This document shows, in pieces, positions 37,100-48,933 of a stretch of 64,000 nucleotides of DNA. The position numbers were made by a program, and so were the translations under genes. Origin of the DNA: Diplonema japonicum (Eukaryota > Protista > Euglenozoa: Diplonemea); the NCBI GenBank assembly GCA_964019335.1, contig OZ025738.1, positions 186,001 to 250,000 on the forward strand, written 5' to 3'. Under the pieces are notes generated by a model. It was not told the DNA's origin, ran no database searches, and saw nothing but the letters and a program-made list of their open reading frames with translations. The first letter of the stretch is position 1. Each line of letters opens with the position of its first letter.

Positions 37100-38142
37100 G
37101 AAAGTATTGAAGAGAGTTGCACTATGTTCTTGGTCTGTATACTTACCCCAGATGGCACCTTCGCCTTAAAAGTATCAGTGCCTCCTCTCAAAACGATGGT
37201 TTCTAGTTTTTCGCAGCAAGACAAGAAGTAATCGCCAATGGAAGAAATATTTTGGTCATTGAACCAAGTCGATGGTTACTAGTTTGCTGCAGTCACACAA
37301 GAAGTAAGAACCAATAGAAGAGAGATTGGTCATTGAACTTAAGTCGATGGTTACTAGTTTGTCGCAGTCAGACAAGAAGAAAGAACCCACGGAATCAAAT
37401 ATTCGTTAATTTTTTATTTCCTGTACTATTATTTTACATTTAAAGGAGCGCATCCAGTTGGGGGGGGTTTGGGGTTGCAAGTTCCTTTTTGGAAAATATT
37501 AGCGAAACATAACAAAAGGGGTAAAACTAAAACGGATTGTCAGGAACTTATTTTTTGAAACTATGGAAAGAAACGTAAAAAAGAAAAAAACTATGTTCTT
37601 ATATTTTTCGTGGTGTGCGGGTTAGATAGAGCACAGACCCGGTTTCGTCCCTTACAACGACCCCGAGGTGCGTGGTCCTCATCAGGCTGTGTCGCACCTT
37701 ATGCGGTCCACCTGTGGCCAACAGGTGGCTGAAATGATTTTAAGTTAGAATAGAGAAGCGAAAAAATAGATAAAAACAGGTGGAGGGCCTGTACTCTCCC
37801 CCTGTTTACCGTGACGCCGCACCGTGGGCATTTACGTTCCTTGCCGTCGTCGTTCCTGGCCCCGCATTTGCCTTCGTGCCTTCTTACAGAGCTCCCACAG
37901 AAGATTGGTCATCGCATTCAAGTTGATGGTTTCTAGTTCGGTGCAGCCAGACAAGAAGAACCAATAGAAGAAATATTGGTCGTTGAACTCAAGTCGATGG
38001 TTTTTAGTTCGCTGCACCAAGACAAAAAGTAATCACCAATGGAAGAAATATTGGTCATCATCTTCAAGTTGATGGTTTTCTAATTTATCGGACGTTGATA
38101 AAAAGTTGTGACCAATGGTAGAAACATTGGGGAGGATGAGTT
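37100..38142 (-). pseudogene. Ubl-LRR gene fragments (37100-37385, 37900-38142)
   Basis: Frameshifted LRR-coding 66-nt units. Confidence 0.75.
37632..37699 (-). ncRNA. Hammerhead ribozyme-like remnant
   Basis: CACAG-C-CUGAUGA-G-GACC...GGUC...C-GAAA-CCGG-GUC-UGUG, with a 7-bp AGGUGCG/CGCACCU complementarity. Stem II has an 11-nt insertion and the stem I register is imperfect. Confidence 0.55.
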
Positions 38143-38720
38143 CTTTTTTTTTTTTAAATTCCACCTCCTCTTGGTCTAGCCAGACCGACCCTGTGTGAGT
38201 GTGTTGAGACGTTCGTGCTTTCGTGTCGGCCTGTGTTATTGTTCTAGCACCTTTGTGACATGGGTATTCTCTTTCCACAGTTGGCTAATGGCTTTTCTTT
38301 TTTTTTTTTTTTTTTTTCCTCCTTTGGTTGCCAGTCCTCGGGATTCTTTTTTTTTCTTTTTCTTTTTTTTTTTTTTTTTTTATTGATGCTCATGGGGGGA
38401 AGAGGGTGGTTGGGGTTTATGTTATTTTTTTCTTTCTTTCCTTTTTTTTTTTTTTTTTTTTTTTCTTTCTATTTGTTTACACTTGATTTGTTTTCTTCCT
38501 GCTGCCTTTTGATTAGCTTGCTAGGTATACGGCTAGTCGGTGGGCTTGCCGGTGGGCTTGCCAGTGGGCTTGTAGGTAGTCTCTTCGGTGTCCTCGAGGA
38601 ACCTGATTGCCCTCTTCGAGTCTTTGATGAGGATGTGCTCCAGCGTGTGGATGTCGTAGTGCTTGTCTCTGGCCGCCTTGGTCGCTGGGCACTCTAGGAG
38701 GAGGTGGTGTAGTATTCGTT
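38143..38720 (-). mobile_element. Retroposon 3' end: Zn-knuckle-like ORF remnant plus a poly(A)-punctuated tail ending GGTGGAATTT(A)n
   Basis: LHHLLLECP remnant; second copy at ~48135-48890; related fragment at 40150-40379. Confidence 0.65.
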
Positions 38721-39148
38721 GGGTTGCGTACTCCTCTTTGAGCAGGTGGTGTATGACCAGTCCTTTAGCTGGTTTACTAGCACTTCTTCGCGTCTGCTGA
38801 GCCCTTCCATCCGCTTCGGTGCCTCTCTCCCCTTCGTTTTTATCGAGTCCTGCTCTTATCTCTCTACTAAGGGGTCCAGGACGGTCAGGGTCTCGGCCCC
38901 CCACAAAGTCAGCAAGCCGGCGGGACAGTGTAGTGCTGTTTTGGTACGCCCCCCCTTTGTCTCTACTTGTAAGAAGAAAAACCTTAGTTGCTTCAATAAA
39001 CCTGACACGACGTTTTCGAAGTCCAGCGCCAGCTCCACCGTCGACACTGCCGTGTACCTGTTCCCTCCATACTAAACAAGGAAAAATAAAGGAAAAAGTA
39101 AGTACGAGGGAATAAACAAAGCAAAATTTCCCAAATTTTTCTTTCTTT

Positions 39149-40006
39149 TTATTCTTCTGTTATTCTTACCCCCGATGGTACCTTAGTCTTTAACCTGTTA
39201 AAAGTATCAGTGCCTCCTCTCAAAACGATGGTTTCTAGATTTTCGCAGCCAACCAAGAAGCTAGAACCAATAGAAGAAAGATTGGTCATCACGTTCAAGT
39301 TAACGGTTTTTAGATTGTCACACCATGGCAAGAAGTAAGAACCGATGGACTCAAGATTGGTCATTGAACTCAAGTCGATGGTTTCTAGATTGTTGCACCC
39401 AACCAAGAAGCCATGGCCAATGGAATTAAGATTGGTCATCGCATTCAAGTCGATTACTTTTAATCTTGGGCACCCTTTTAAAAAGAAATTATGAATGGTA
39501 GAAACATTGGGGAGGATGAGTTCAACAGACGTCAGGTGGTCGCAATCTCGAAGAAACTCATCGCCTATCCTTGTAACACAGCCTGTGGAGTCGGTGACAA
39601 CGAGGAACCGAAGTCCAGAAGGAAGGACCGTCGTCTTCATGGACAAGACTTCGACAGCTGGAGAGTTCCCCACCTCCACCACAAGAACCAGCTCAGGGTC
39701 AGCTGACAAAAGACCTTGAAGCTCAGAAACCACTTCTGAGTTCTCGTCCTTTAGCTCCTCCAGACGAACGGTTCTCATCTTCGCCTCCACATGGACCACG
39801 GAGCCCTCCACGAGCCCAACTTCCTGAAGCTCTTCACCACCTTTCCTGTCAAGGACCTCACCCTCCCAAACCAGTTTGAACTTGCCTTCGAGTAAGTTTG
39901 TGGCACAGGCCACCTTCTTGTACAGGCTCCCCACCGTCTCCTTCCCCGACACTTCCACATCGTGAACCCCGCCTCCTGTCTTCACGAACACTGTCATATC
40001 GTTCAT
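39149..40006 (-). CDS. Ubiquitin-like + LRR protein, 285 aa
   Basis: Intact ORF, same family as 19559-20728. Confidence 0.9.
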   Translation of the reverse strand: MNDMTVFVKTGGGVHDVEVSGKETVGSLYKKVACATNLLEGKFKLVWEGEVLDRKGGEELQEVGLVEGSVVHVEAKMRTVRLEELKDENSEVVSELQGLLSADPELVLVVEVGNSPAVEVLSMKTTVLPSGLRFLVVTDSTGCVTRIGDEFLRDCDHLTSVELILPNVSTIHNFFLKGCPRLKVIDLNAMTNLNSIGHGFLVGCNNLETIDLSSMTNLESIGSYFLPWCDNLKTVNLNVMTNLSSIGSSFLVGCENLETIVLRGGTDTFNRLKTKVPSGVRITEE

Positions 40007-40559
40007 TTTGTTGTTGTGTTTCTGTTCTGTAAAAGGTGATTTTCAATGTTCAAGGGGAAATCAATGGAGATGTTGAATGAAAAAGGCAAAAAAAAAAAAA
40101 TTCACTATGATAGGAACGAAGTGGTTAGCAACGGCCCGCCGCGGTGGCTATCATCATAAGTGCCTCAACCGCCTTCTGATCGGCATGCTACTTCGGCAGG
40201 TTAGATGGTTGTTGCGGGGGTTGCTGGGGACTGGGGCAGGTTCAAGGTGTTTGATTGCTTTTCGTGGGTTCTCCACAAGGATGTGTCTCAGCGTCAGGGT
40301 GTCGAAGTGTTTGTCCCTGCTTGGTTGCGGGCAGTCTAGGAAGAGATGTTGGAGGGTTCGCTTCGTGTTGGGGCCGCACTTCACTATGCTAGGAAAGAAG
40401 TGGTAGCAACGGCCCGCCGCGGTGGCGTGCCTGCCTTATGATGCTCCCCTTTAAAAAAAGAAAGAAAAGTACCGAGAGTATTGAAGAGAGTCGCGAAAAA
40501 TATTTTAACTGTGGGCAGTATTTTCTTGTGCTACAGTCGCGAAAATGTTCTCATCCTTT

Positions 40560-43500
40560 TTATAATCTCTGTATACTTACCCCCGATGGCACCTTAGCCT
40601 CGAAGAGCTTGTTAAGATTTTCAGTGTCCCCTCTCAAAACAAATGGTTTTTAGTCTTTTGCACTCATACAAAGGGTTATCACCAATGGAAGAAAGATTCA
40701 TCACATTCAAGTCTATGGTTTCTAGTGTTTCGCACCCTAACAAGAAGCCATCACCAATAGAAGAAAGATTGGTCATTGAACTTAAGTCGATGGTTTCTAG
40801 TTCGTAGCAGCGAGACAAGAAACCATCACCAATGGAAGATAGATTGGTCATCGAACTCAAGTTGATGGTTTCTACTTCATCGCACATAAATAAAAAGTTG
40901 TGACCAAAGGTAGAAACATTGGGGAGGATGAGTTCAACAGACATCAGGTGGTAGCAATATTGAAGAAACTCATGGTCTATACTTGGATGGGCTGGGAACC
41001 GAAGCCCAGAAGGAAGGTCCTTCCAGCTCATGGACAAGACATCGACAGCTGGAGAGTCCCCCACCTCCACCACAAGAACCAGCTCAGGGTCAGCTGACAC
41101 AAGACCCTCAAGCTGGTTGCAGCGATGACAGGAGCGCACAACGAGCTCTCGAGCCTCCTAAAAGCTGTACAACGCACCCTGCACGAGAAGGACCTGGAGT
41201 TCCGAAGCAAGGAGGTGAATCCGGGCCTCAGCGGAGTACGCCGCTTCTGGATCGTGGAATCAGCTGAGCAGGTCGCGGCTGAGATCAAACAGCGGTACAC
41301 GTTTTTCAAGTCGAAGGTCCCCGCCACCTACGACTTTAAAACGATGTACTCCAACCTGGACCAGGGACTCCTTCGAAAGGGCCTGGGCAGAGCAATCCGC
41401 GAAGCCTTCGAGCACGCCGGGAAGGAGCTGGTGATAAACAAGAGCGGAAGTAGCTTCGCGGATGCAGAAGACGACGACAAAGTGTACTCCCTCTCGATGG
41501 TGGAGGAACTAGTCGAATTCGTCGTTGACAACGCGTACGTCGAGCAAGGCGGCCGTGCTCTGCGCCAGGTGCGGGGCATACCGATGGGCGGCAACGCGTC
41601 TCCGGATATAGCGAACCTATACTGCTATTCCGTCGAAGCCGACTACATCGACGGCTTGATCGAGAACAAGGACTGGGGCCGTCTCAAGGAGTTATGCTCA
41701 GCCGCCCGCTACATCGACGACTTTTTGGTTTGGGACACGACCCCCCCACCCGAAGAGCTGTACGGGATGTCCTACGCCAAGACGTCGGACAACGACGACG
41801 ACGTTCCGTTCATCGGCATGCGGATCACGGCACGAAACGCCGAAAAACAACTGGGTACGCTTGTCAGTCTATGACAAGGCTGCGAACTGGAAGTTCAAGC
41901 CCACGCGTTTCACACACGGGCACACAGCAGCTCCCTCAACACAGGGCCCAGGTATCCTGAAGGGCATGATGCAGCAAGCGCTTTGCCTCACCAACAGCTC
42001 ATCGGACTTCAAGAGGCAAATTGCAAAGACATACTTCAGTTTGCGCGATCGAGGGCACGAGCACAAACTCCTGAACCGAGCATTCCACGAGTTCCTTTGT
42101 GAGCGCGTCAACAAGAACTACGGCTGGGAGAAAGGGGAGCTCCAAAGTTTCTTTACCAGGTCTATGACCACCTTCAGATTTCTCTGTGCCTCATCGGTCC
42201 CCCGTGGGGCAGGTCTCGCTGACTGAGGATGGGGGTCGTCGTCTGTTTGCGTCGACTCCGTGGGTGGTGGCTCCAGCATGTACATGTCCCCCTGTGGGGG
42301 AGGAGGAGGTTCCGTCGCAGCAGTCAAATCCGCGGGTGGCTCCAGCATGTACATGTCTCTGCTGTGCTGTGTCAGCTCCGGCATGTACAGGTCGTCTGTA
42401 GCCGACAGACCGGCCACTTCTCCCAAGATACCCTATCCCTTGCCTGCCAAAAGATCCTTGGCGAAGAGGCCTCGCTGCAGAGCGTGGTCAAGAGCGGACG
42501 GTACCCAGTTCTGGTAATCGGCCCGCCGAAAGGCTCCAGGACGGGCCACTGGACTACAGCCATCAAAACCGGCAGGTCGTGGTACACCGTGATGGACACA
42601 GACAAGGAAGAACACCGTGTCAATGGACTGAGGCAGGTCCTACGTATGTATGACGAACAGAACATCCTGGGTATCACCGAAGAAAGCTGGGCCAGAGCAA
42701 GGACTTTAAGGGAGCAGAACGGCGGCAGACCAAAAGCGTTCGACGTCCACGCTTGCATCAAGGGAGCGCAGGACGAGGTAATGCCACCGGTTTCAGGCCC
42801 CTGTTTGAGCCAGACCCCTGCAGCTAGCCTCACCCCCAATGATGACCCGGTCCCTTCACCTGGTCCGGACTCAGACGCTAATCCGGTCCACAGCATTGAC
42901 CCGACCCCCGTTGCAGACCCGGTCCATACATCTGGCCCGGTCTCCGTCATGGACCCGGCCCCAACGGCTAATCCGGTCGCGGACTCGGTCCCCGCGACTA
43001 AACCGGTCGCGAACACGGCCCCCGTCACGAACCCGGTCCCCGCGACTAGCCCAATCGCTGACCCGGTCCTCATCACAGACCCAGTTACCGCAGCTAGCCC
43101 GATCACGGACCCGGCCCTCGTCACGGACCCGACCCGAGCTAACCCAGTCACAGACACGGCCCCCGTCGCAGACAACCAGCCCAGTCGCTGACCCGGTCCC
43201 CGTCACGGACCCGGTCCCCGCATCTGGCCCGGTCGCAGACACGACCTACATCACAGACGCGATCCCCGAAACCAGCTTAGTCGTTGACCCGGTCCCTGCA
43301 AGTAACCCAGTCGCTGACCCGGTCCTCACCACAGACCCGGTCGCAGACACGGCCCCTGCCACAGATCCAGTCCCCGCAACCAGCCCAGTCGCTGACCCGG
43401 TCCCCGTCACAGACCCGGTCCCCGCAGCTAACCCGGTCCCTGTCACGGACCCGGCCCCCACAACCAACCCGGTTGGAGACACGGCCCCCATCACAGACCC

Positions 43501-45994
43501 GGTCAGCCCAGTCGCTGACCCGGTCTCCGCAAATAGCCCGATCGCTGACCCGGTCCCCGTCACGGATCCGGTCCCCGCATCTGGCCCGGTCTCGATAGTC
43601 CATGACAACCCAGTGCCCACAACTGGCCCAGTCTACGCCACGGACCTAGTCAGTTCGCCTGGCCCGATCTCTGTCACGGACGCAGTCCCCACCACAGGCC
43701 CGGTCCACGCTTCTAGTCCGATCCCCTCCGCAGACCCGGTTCCTACATCAGGCGCAGCCTCCACCAGAGACCCGGTCCCCGCGTCTGACCCGGTCCTCGC
43801 CTCGGACCCGTTACCCGAAGCTGATGCCCTCCCCGTTACAGACCCAGTCCCCGTGCAGATGGACCTGTCTGAACCTCTGGGGCAGCATGGATCGACGACA
43901 TGGGTGCAACCCGAGCCCTCAACGGAGGCGGTCGCCCCACCACCCCTCTCGACGACAGCGGAGCCCTGGGTGCCGTTAGCTCTGACGACGATGTCGCAAC
44001 GACAGATGCAAAGCAGTAGCAGGACTGCGTCAGGACGGGGCACTTCTACTTCTCCTCCTTCTTTTTCTGCTTCTTCTTCTTTTACGCGGACAACGACGAC
44101 TGTCCATCAGAGTCTGCTGTGGACCGATGTCCCGGGGCACCAACGAGGTCGTGGGGGCATCACGAGAGGTCGTGGGGGCATCACGAGAGGTCGCACGTCA
44201 AGCCCCGGATCACAACCGGGACGCGCACACAGCGCAACGACCGCGTGTTTCCCTCGCACCCCAGAACGATTCTCACCCCTGGCCGGTCTGTCGGCTACAG
44301 ACGACCTGTACATGCCGGAGCTGACACAGCACAGCAGAGACATGTACATGCTGGAGCCACCCACGGATTTGACTGCTGCAACGGAACCTCCTCCTCCCCC
44401 ACAGGGGGACATGTACATGCTGGAGCCACCACCCACAGAGTCGACGCAAACAGACGACGACCCCCATCCTCAATCAGCGAGACCTGCCCCACGGGGGACC
44501 GATGAGGCACAGAGAAATTTGAAGGTGGTCATAGACCTGACCGGTGACGACGACGTGGCCTCTGCCCCAATCTCGACCCCGACATCGATAAAGACAGAGC
44601 CTACACCACAGGAGGCACAAGGAAATGAAAGGGTGGTCATAGACCTGACTGGCGACGACGGCGACAAAGTCTCTGCCCCGACCTCGACCCCGCCATCGGA
44701 AACGGCGGAACCTGCGCCACGGACGGAGGAGCTGGAACTGGCATGCCTCACTACCCACGACGGCGACGAAGCCCCAGCCCCGGCCCCGCCCCTCGCAAGC
44801 CACCACAAGAAGAAGCGAAAGGGAGGCACATGCCCGGACGTGTACCTTGGCCACGACACCAAGCTGGTAAGGACCAGCACAGATCGTGCACCAGAGCCAC
44901 CTCTGCTCGTCAAATGGCGGTCCAAGAGCGCGAAGCGCGGGCAGTTGTGCGACGGACAAGCGGAGCCCGCAAAGAAGAAAGACCGCTTGGACCTCCTCAG
45001 GGCGAACCGACGGTCGGGCAAGGCCGCCGTTCACGCCCTGGCTGAAGAACATCGAGCGGGTCTGGAAGATAAGCTCTCCCACACGAAACTGGCGACGGCC
45101 GGGATCGTCGAAGCGGAAGGGGAGTGGACGCCAGAAGCCATGATACGGGTCTGCAAACACGTGCTCGGCGAAGAGCCTAAAACCGCGAAGGAACTCGGGA
45201 TTCACATGAAGTTTGTCCGGTTCGCCCTCATCCTGGACTTTGACAAGACGTGGATCATGGCCAGGTATGACTCGGAAGGCTGGAAGGCGAAGGGGGACGT
45301 CGAGAGACGGCAGCAGTTCACGCGGCACGGAGATATGAGAGCCTTGAAGGATCACTACTTCGTGGCCACTGACTGGCTGTTCTTCACCACGCTGCAGTGG
45401 CATAATGTGGGACAGCGCCACCCCCCAAGAACCACGAAGACCTTACGCAAGTAAGAGTGCTGGCCCGGCGAGCTACGAGGGCAAAAAACCTCATTTCTCC
45501 TTGGAGATGAGAACATATATTATAGTGCGACATGATCAGACTGGAACGGCCGCCCCGGGGAGGCCCTTCTTCGGAAGGTGCCAGTCGCTTGATCAGTGTC
45601 GTCGAATGCGCGCTATATTTTATATTTTATAAGTACATATAACAATCGATTGAAAGAAGAAGAACGTTTACCAAAAGATCCTCAAGCTCAGAAACCACTT
45701 CTGAGTTCTCGTCCTTCAGCTCCTCCAGACGAACAGTTCTCATCTCCGCCTCCACATGGACCACGGAGCCCTCCACGAGCCCAACTTCCTGAAGCTCTTC
45801 ACCACCTTTCCTGTCAAGGACCTCACCCTCCCAAACCAGTTTGAACCTGCCTTCGAGTAAGTTTGTAGCACGCCCTGCCTTCTTGTACAGGCTCCTGAAA
45901 TGATTTTAAGTTAGAATAGAACCGCCTCCTTCCCCGACACTTCCACATCGTGAACCCCGCCTCCCGTCTTCACGAACACTGTCATATCGGTCAT
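40560..45994 (-). pseudogene. Ubl-LRR gene split by a PLE insertion (5' half 45994-45680, 3' half 41114-40560)
   Basis: The two halves are colinear with intact paralogues once 41115-45674 is removed. There is an extra ~28-nt insertion at 45894-45921. Confidence 0.85.
41115..45674 (+). mobile_element. Penelope-like retroelement family 1, 5'-truncated, with a 14-bp TSD
   Basis: RT motifs YDFKTMYSNL, GIPMGGNASPDIANLY, RYIDD and PFIG; PLE-type thumb VYDK...RGH (frameshift at ~41870); TSD AAGA(C/T)CCTCAAGCT at 41101-41114 and 45675-45688. Confidence 0.85.
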
Positions 45995-46060
45995 TTCTTT
46001 GTTTTCTTTCTTTGTGTTTCTGTTCTGTTATTGGCGATTTTCAATGTTCAAGGGGAAATC

Positions 46061-46110
46061 AATAGGTGGCTGAAGTGATTAAGGAAAAAAAAGAGGAAAA
46101 GAAAACAAAA
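46061..46110 (-). promoter_or_regulatory. Candidate (trans-)splice acceptor upstream of Ubl-LRR genes
   Basis: Polypyrimidine tract + AATCACTTCAG|CCACCTATTG about 75 nt before the ATG; equivalents at ~56330 and ~60570. Confidence 0.45.
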
Positions 46111-46431
46111 AAAAGTAAAAGTGGAAGAAAAGAGAGCTCAGACTGCTGTGAACGGGAGAAAGCACGAAGAACGAATAGAAAAGCGTGCTAGATTTCATAG
46201 ATATCATCTTCCTCGCACAACAACTGCTTTTGACAATCTGGAAAACATCAGTAAGACCTCTGAAACTGTACCTCATGTGTTGGTTTGGGACAGGACCCCC
46301 CCCCCCCACCCCTTCGAGCTCGCCACAAAAATCACCGGAAGACAAAATGTCCGGAAGAAAAATTGTCCGGAAGAAGAATGACTTTGGTTGCTTCATAAAC
46401 CGCCTGGCGTACGAGCAACTTCTTAACCGCG

Positions 46432-47555
46432 CTAGCGGATGTTGCTACCCTTCTGTGCTGAAGGATGCATGGCTGCGGGAAGGGTGGACTGCGTTCTGGT
46501 AGGTTGTTGTGCTCTGTAGTCGGGCACGAAGGGGTCGGACCACTCTTTTCTCTGTGCAGTCGGTACTGCGCATTGTCTTTCCAGAATTTCGCACGTTCTG
46601 CTGGATGCGAATTTCGGCCTTCCGGTGTACCCCTTCAGTCGCTTGGGTGCACCTATCGATCGTAATGCCACGGATTCAGTTATTTCCTTGGGCATGAACG
46701 GCTTTGGTGCGTGTGCCTCGGCTGCGCCCATCAGTCTTTCAATTATTTTTGCCAATCGGTTGGCCCTCTTGGTGCTGTCGTCTTGCCTGCCCAAAACGTA
46801 CACCCCACTCGTCAGCTCGAAATCTATCACTAGCTCTAGTCTAGTCACCGACCCCTGCTTATTCCATTCTAATTTCGAAAGCCACTTAACTACTTCCGGC
46901 ACAATCTGTGCTCCTATGAACCTCATTTCAGGTACTGTGTACTTGCTCCATAGCGCAGGGCGTCTCCATACATGTACCCTTTTCTCATTCTTTTCTGCTA
47001 TCATCTTGGTTGCGTCCGCAAGAGTTATCATGTTGACTAGCAGTTTCTGCACAATTTCCGGCTGTGGTACTTTGCAGTTTTTCGGTATGATTCCATGAAG
47101 TCTTAGACATTGAGGCATATCTTCCTTCGGAAAATTCATTACCGTGGTGTACATCGCTTCTTTCCGTACAGATTCATACTCTTTGCACTTCCAGTAGATA
47201 TGCTCCAGGTATGCTGTGTAGGTTCCAGCCACCTCCCCGCATCCCATGCACAGTACTCTTGGATCTTCTACCTTGGGGTGGACCATCCCAAGAGCTCCTG
47301 TCAGCATTCTCCTTGCGTTGTTCTGTATTTGCCACGCTTTTGTTGTTTTCCATATCATGTTTGTCCTCTGTTCGTCCACACCCTCTTTTATCCCCTCGAG
47401 GGTTGGTCGTTCTCGGCACATCTGTCCTCTACGGTATCTCTTGATACGAAGGCGATGCTCATGTACCATCATTCCCTTTGGTTGCTTGGCAACTGCTCTT
47501 AGCCATGTCCATCCTAGCCTGAGTGGTTGAAGTACATTGCGCTTTAGGTTGCTCA
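46432..47555 (-). mobile_element. 3' part of a non-LTR retrotransposon ORF
   Basis: CCHC knuckle CMGC...HIYWKC, CLRLHGIIP and VTRLELVIDFE. Confidence 0.8.
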
Positions 47556-47658
47556 CCGTCCGGAAGATAAAATGTCCGGAAGCTCTGGGAAAATAAAGCA
47601 CTTTATTTTTTCATTTTTGAAGAAAAAAAATTCGGAACGAAGTGGTTAGCAACGGCCC

Positions 47659-47696
<38 letters not shown>

Positions 47697-48137
47697 TCGA
47701 TCTTTTAACATCAAGGTGACAAGTCAAATGGCGCTCAGTAAGAACGGTGATAAACTAAGAAGAAAAAGAAGAAAAACGAAACCCATTAACTGTTATCGTC
47801 CAATACTTCCTACAGGCGCTCTTGCGACGACCACCACAGCCATCGCCAACGTGCCAAAATAAAATGGGCCAAACTCGCACACTGGTGTGAGCTTCAAGGG
47901 AGCTAAACGTTTCAGACATGGCGTGCCACACCCATAGGCCTCTCACGACCGGGGAGGGGGTGTCCTGGTCTTTTTTTCTCTCTTTTTTTTTTCTTGGTGT
48001 TCTCTTTCCACAAGCTTTGCTTGTTTAACACTTTACACTTTTTTTTTCTTTTTTGGCTACTAAGGGTGCCGGACCTCAGTATCCTTTCCCCCATATTTTT
48101 TCTTAATTATACGTTATCGGGGGTGGGGAAATGTTTG

Positions 48138-48168
<31 letters not shown>

Positions 48169-48353
48169 CCACCTCCTCTTGGTCTAGCCAGCACCCAGCT
48201 GGGCTGTGTGGAGCCAACGGAAGTGTGTTGAGACGTTCGTGCTTTCGTGTCGGCCTGTGTTATTGTTCTAGCACCTTTGTGACATGGGTATTCTCTTTCC
48301 ACTGGCTTTTCTTTTTTTTTTTTTTTTTTTTCCTCCTTTGGTTGCCAGTCCTC

Positions 48354-48398
<45 letters not shown>

Positions 48399-48933
48399 TT
48401 GATGCTCATGGGGGAATAGGGTTGTTGGGGTTTATGTTATTTTTTTCTTTCTTTCCTTTTTTTTTTTTTCCTATTTGCTTACACTTGATTTGTTTTCTTC
48501 CTGCTGCCTTTTGATTAGCTTGCTAGGTAGACGGCTAGTCGGTGGGGGTTAGTCGGTGGGCTTGCCGGGGGGGCTTGCCGGTTTTGTTTGGGGAGAGGGG
48601 GGCTTTTTTTTTTTTCACACCGCTGCATCTGATTGGTCGGGTGCTGTGGTGGGGAGGGGGTAGGTTCTCTGTTTCCGCGAGAAACAGGATGGTACACTCT
48701 CTATTTGGGATCAGGGATGGGATCTCGGGATTCTGATTAAATGACAAGTGCCTCAGCCGCCTTCTGATCGGCATGCTACTTCAGCAGGTTAGATGGTTGT
48801 TGTGGAGTTGTTGCGGAGGGGGGCAGGTCCCCGGTGTCTCCGAGGTATTGGATTGCTTTCCGTTGGTTTTTCCACAAAGATGTTTCACATGTTCTTTTTT
48901 CTTCTTTTTTTCCCCTCTTTTTTTCTTCTTCTT

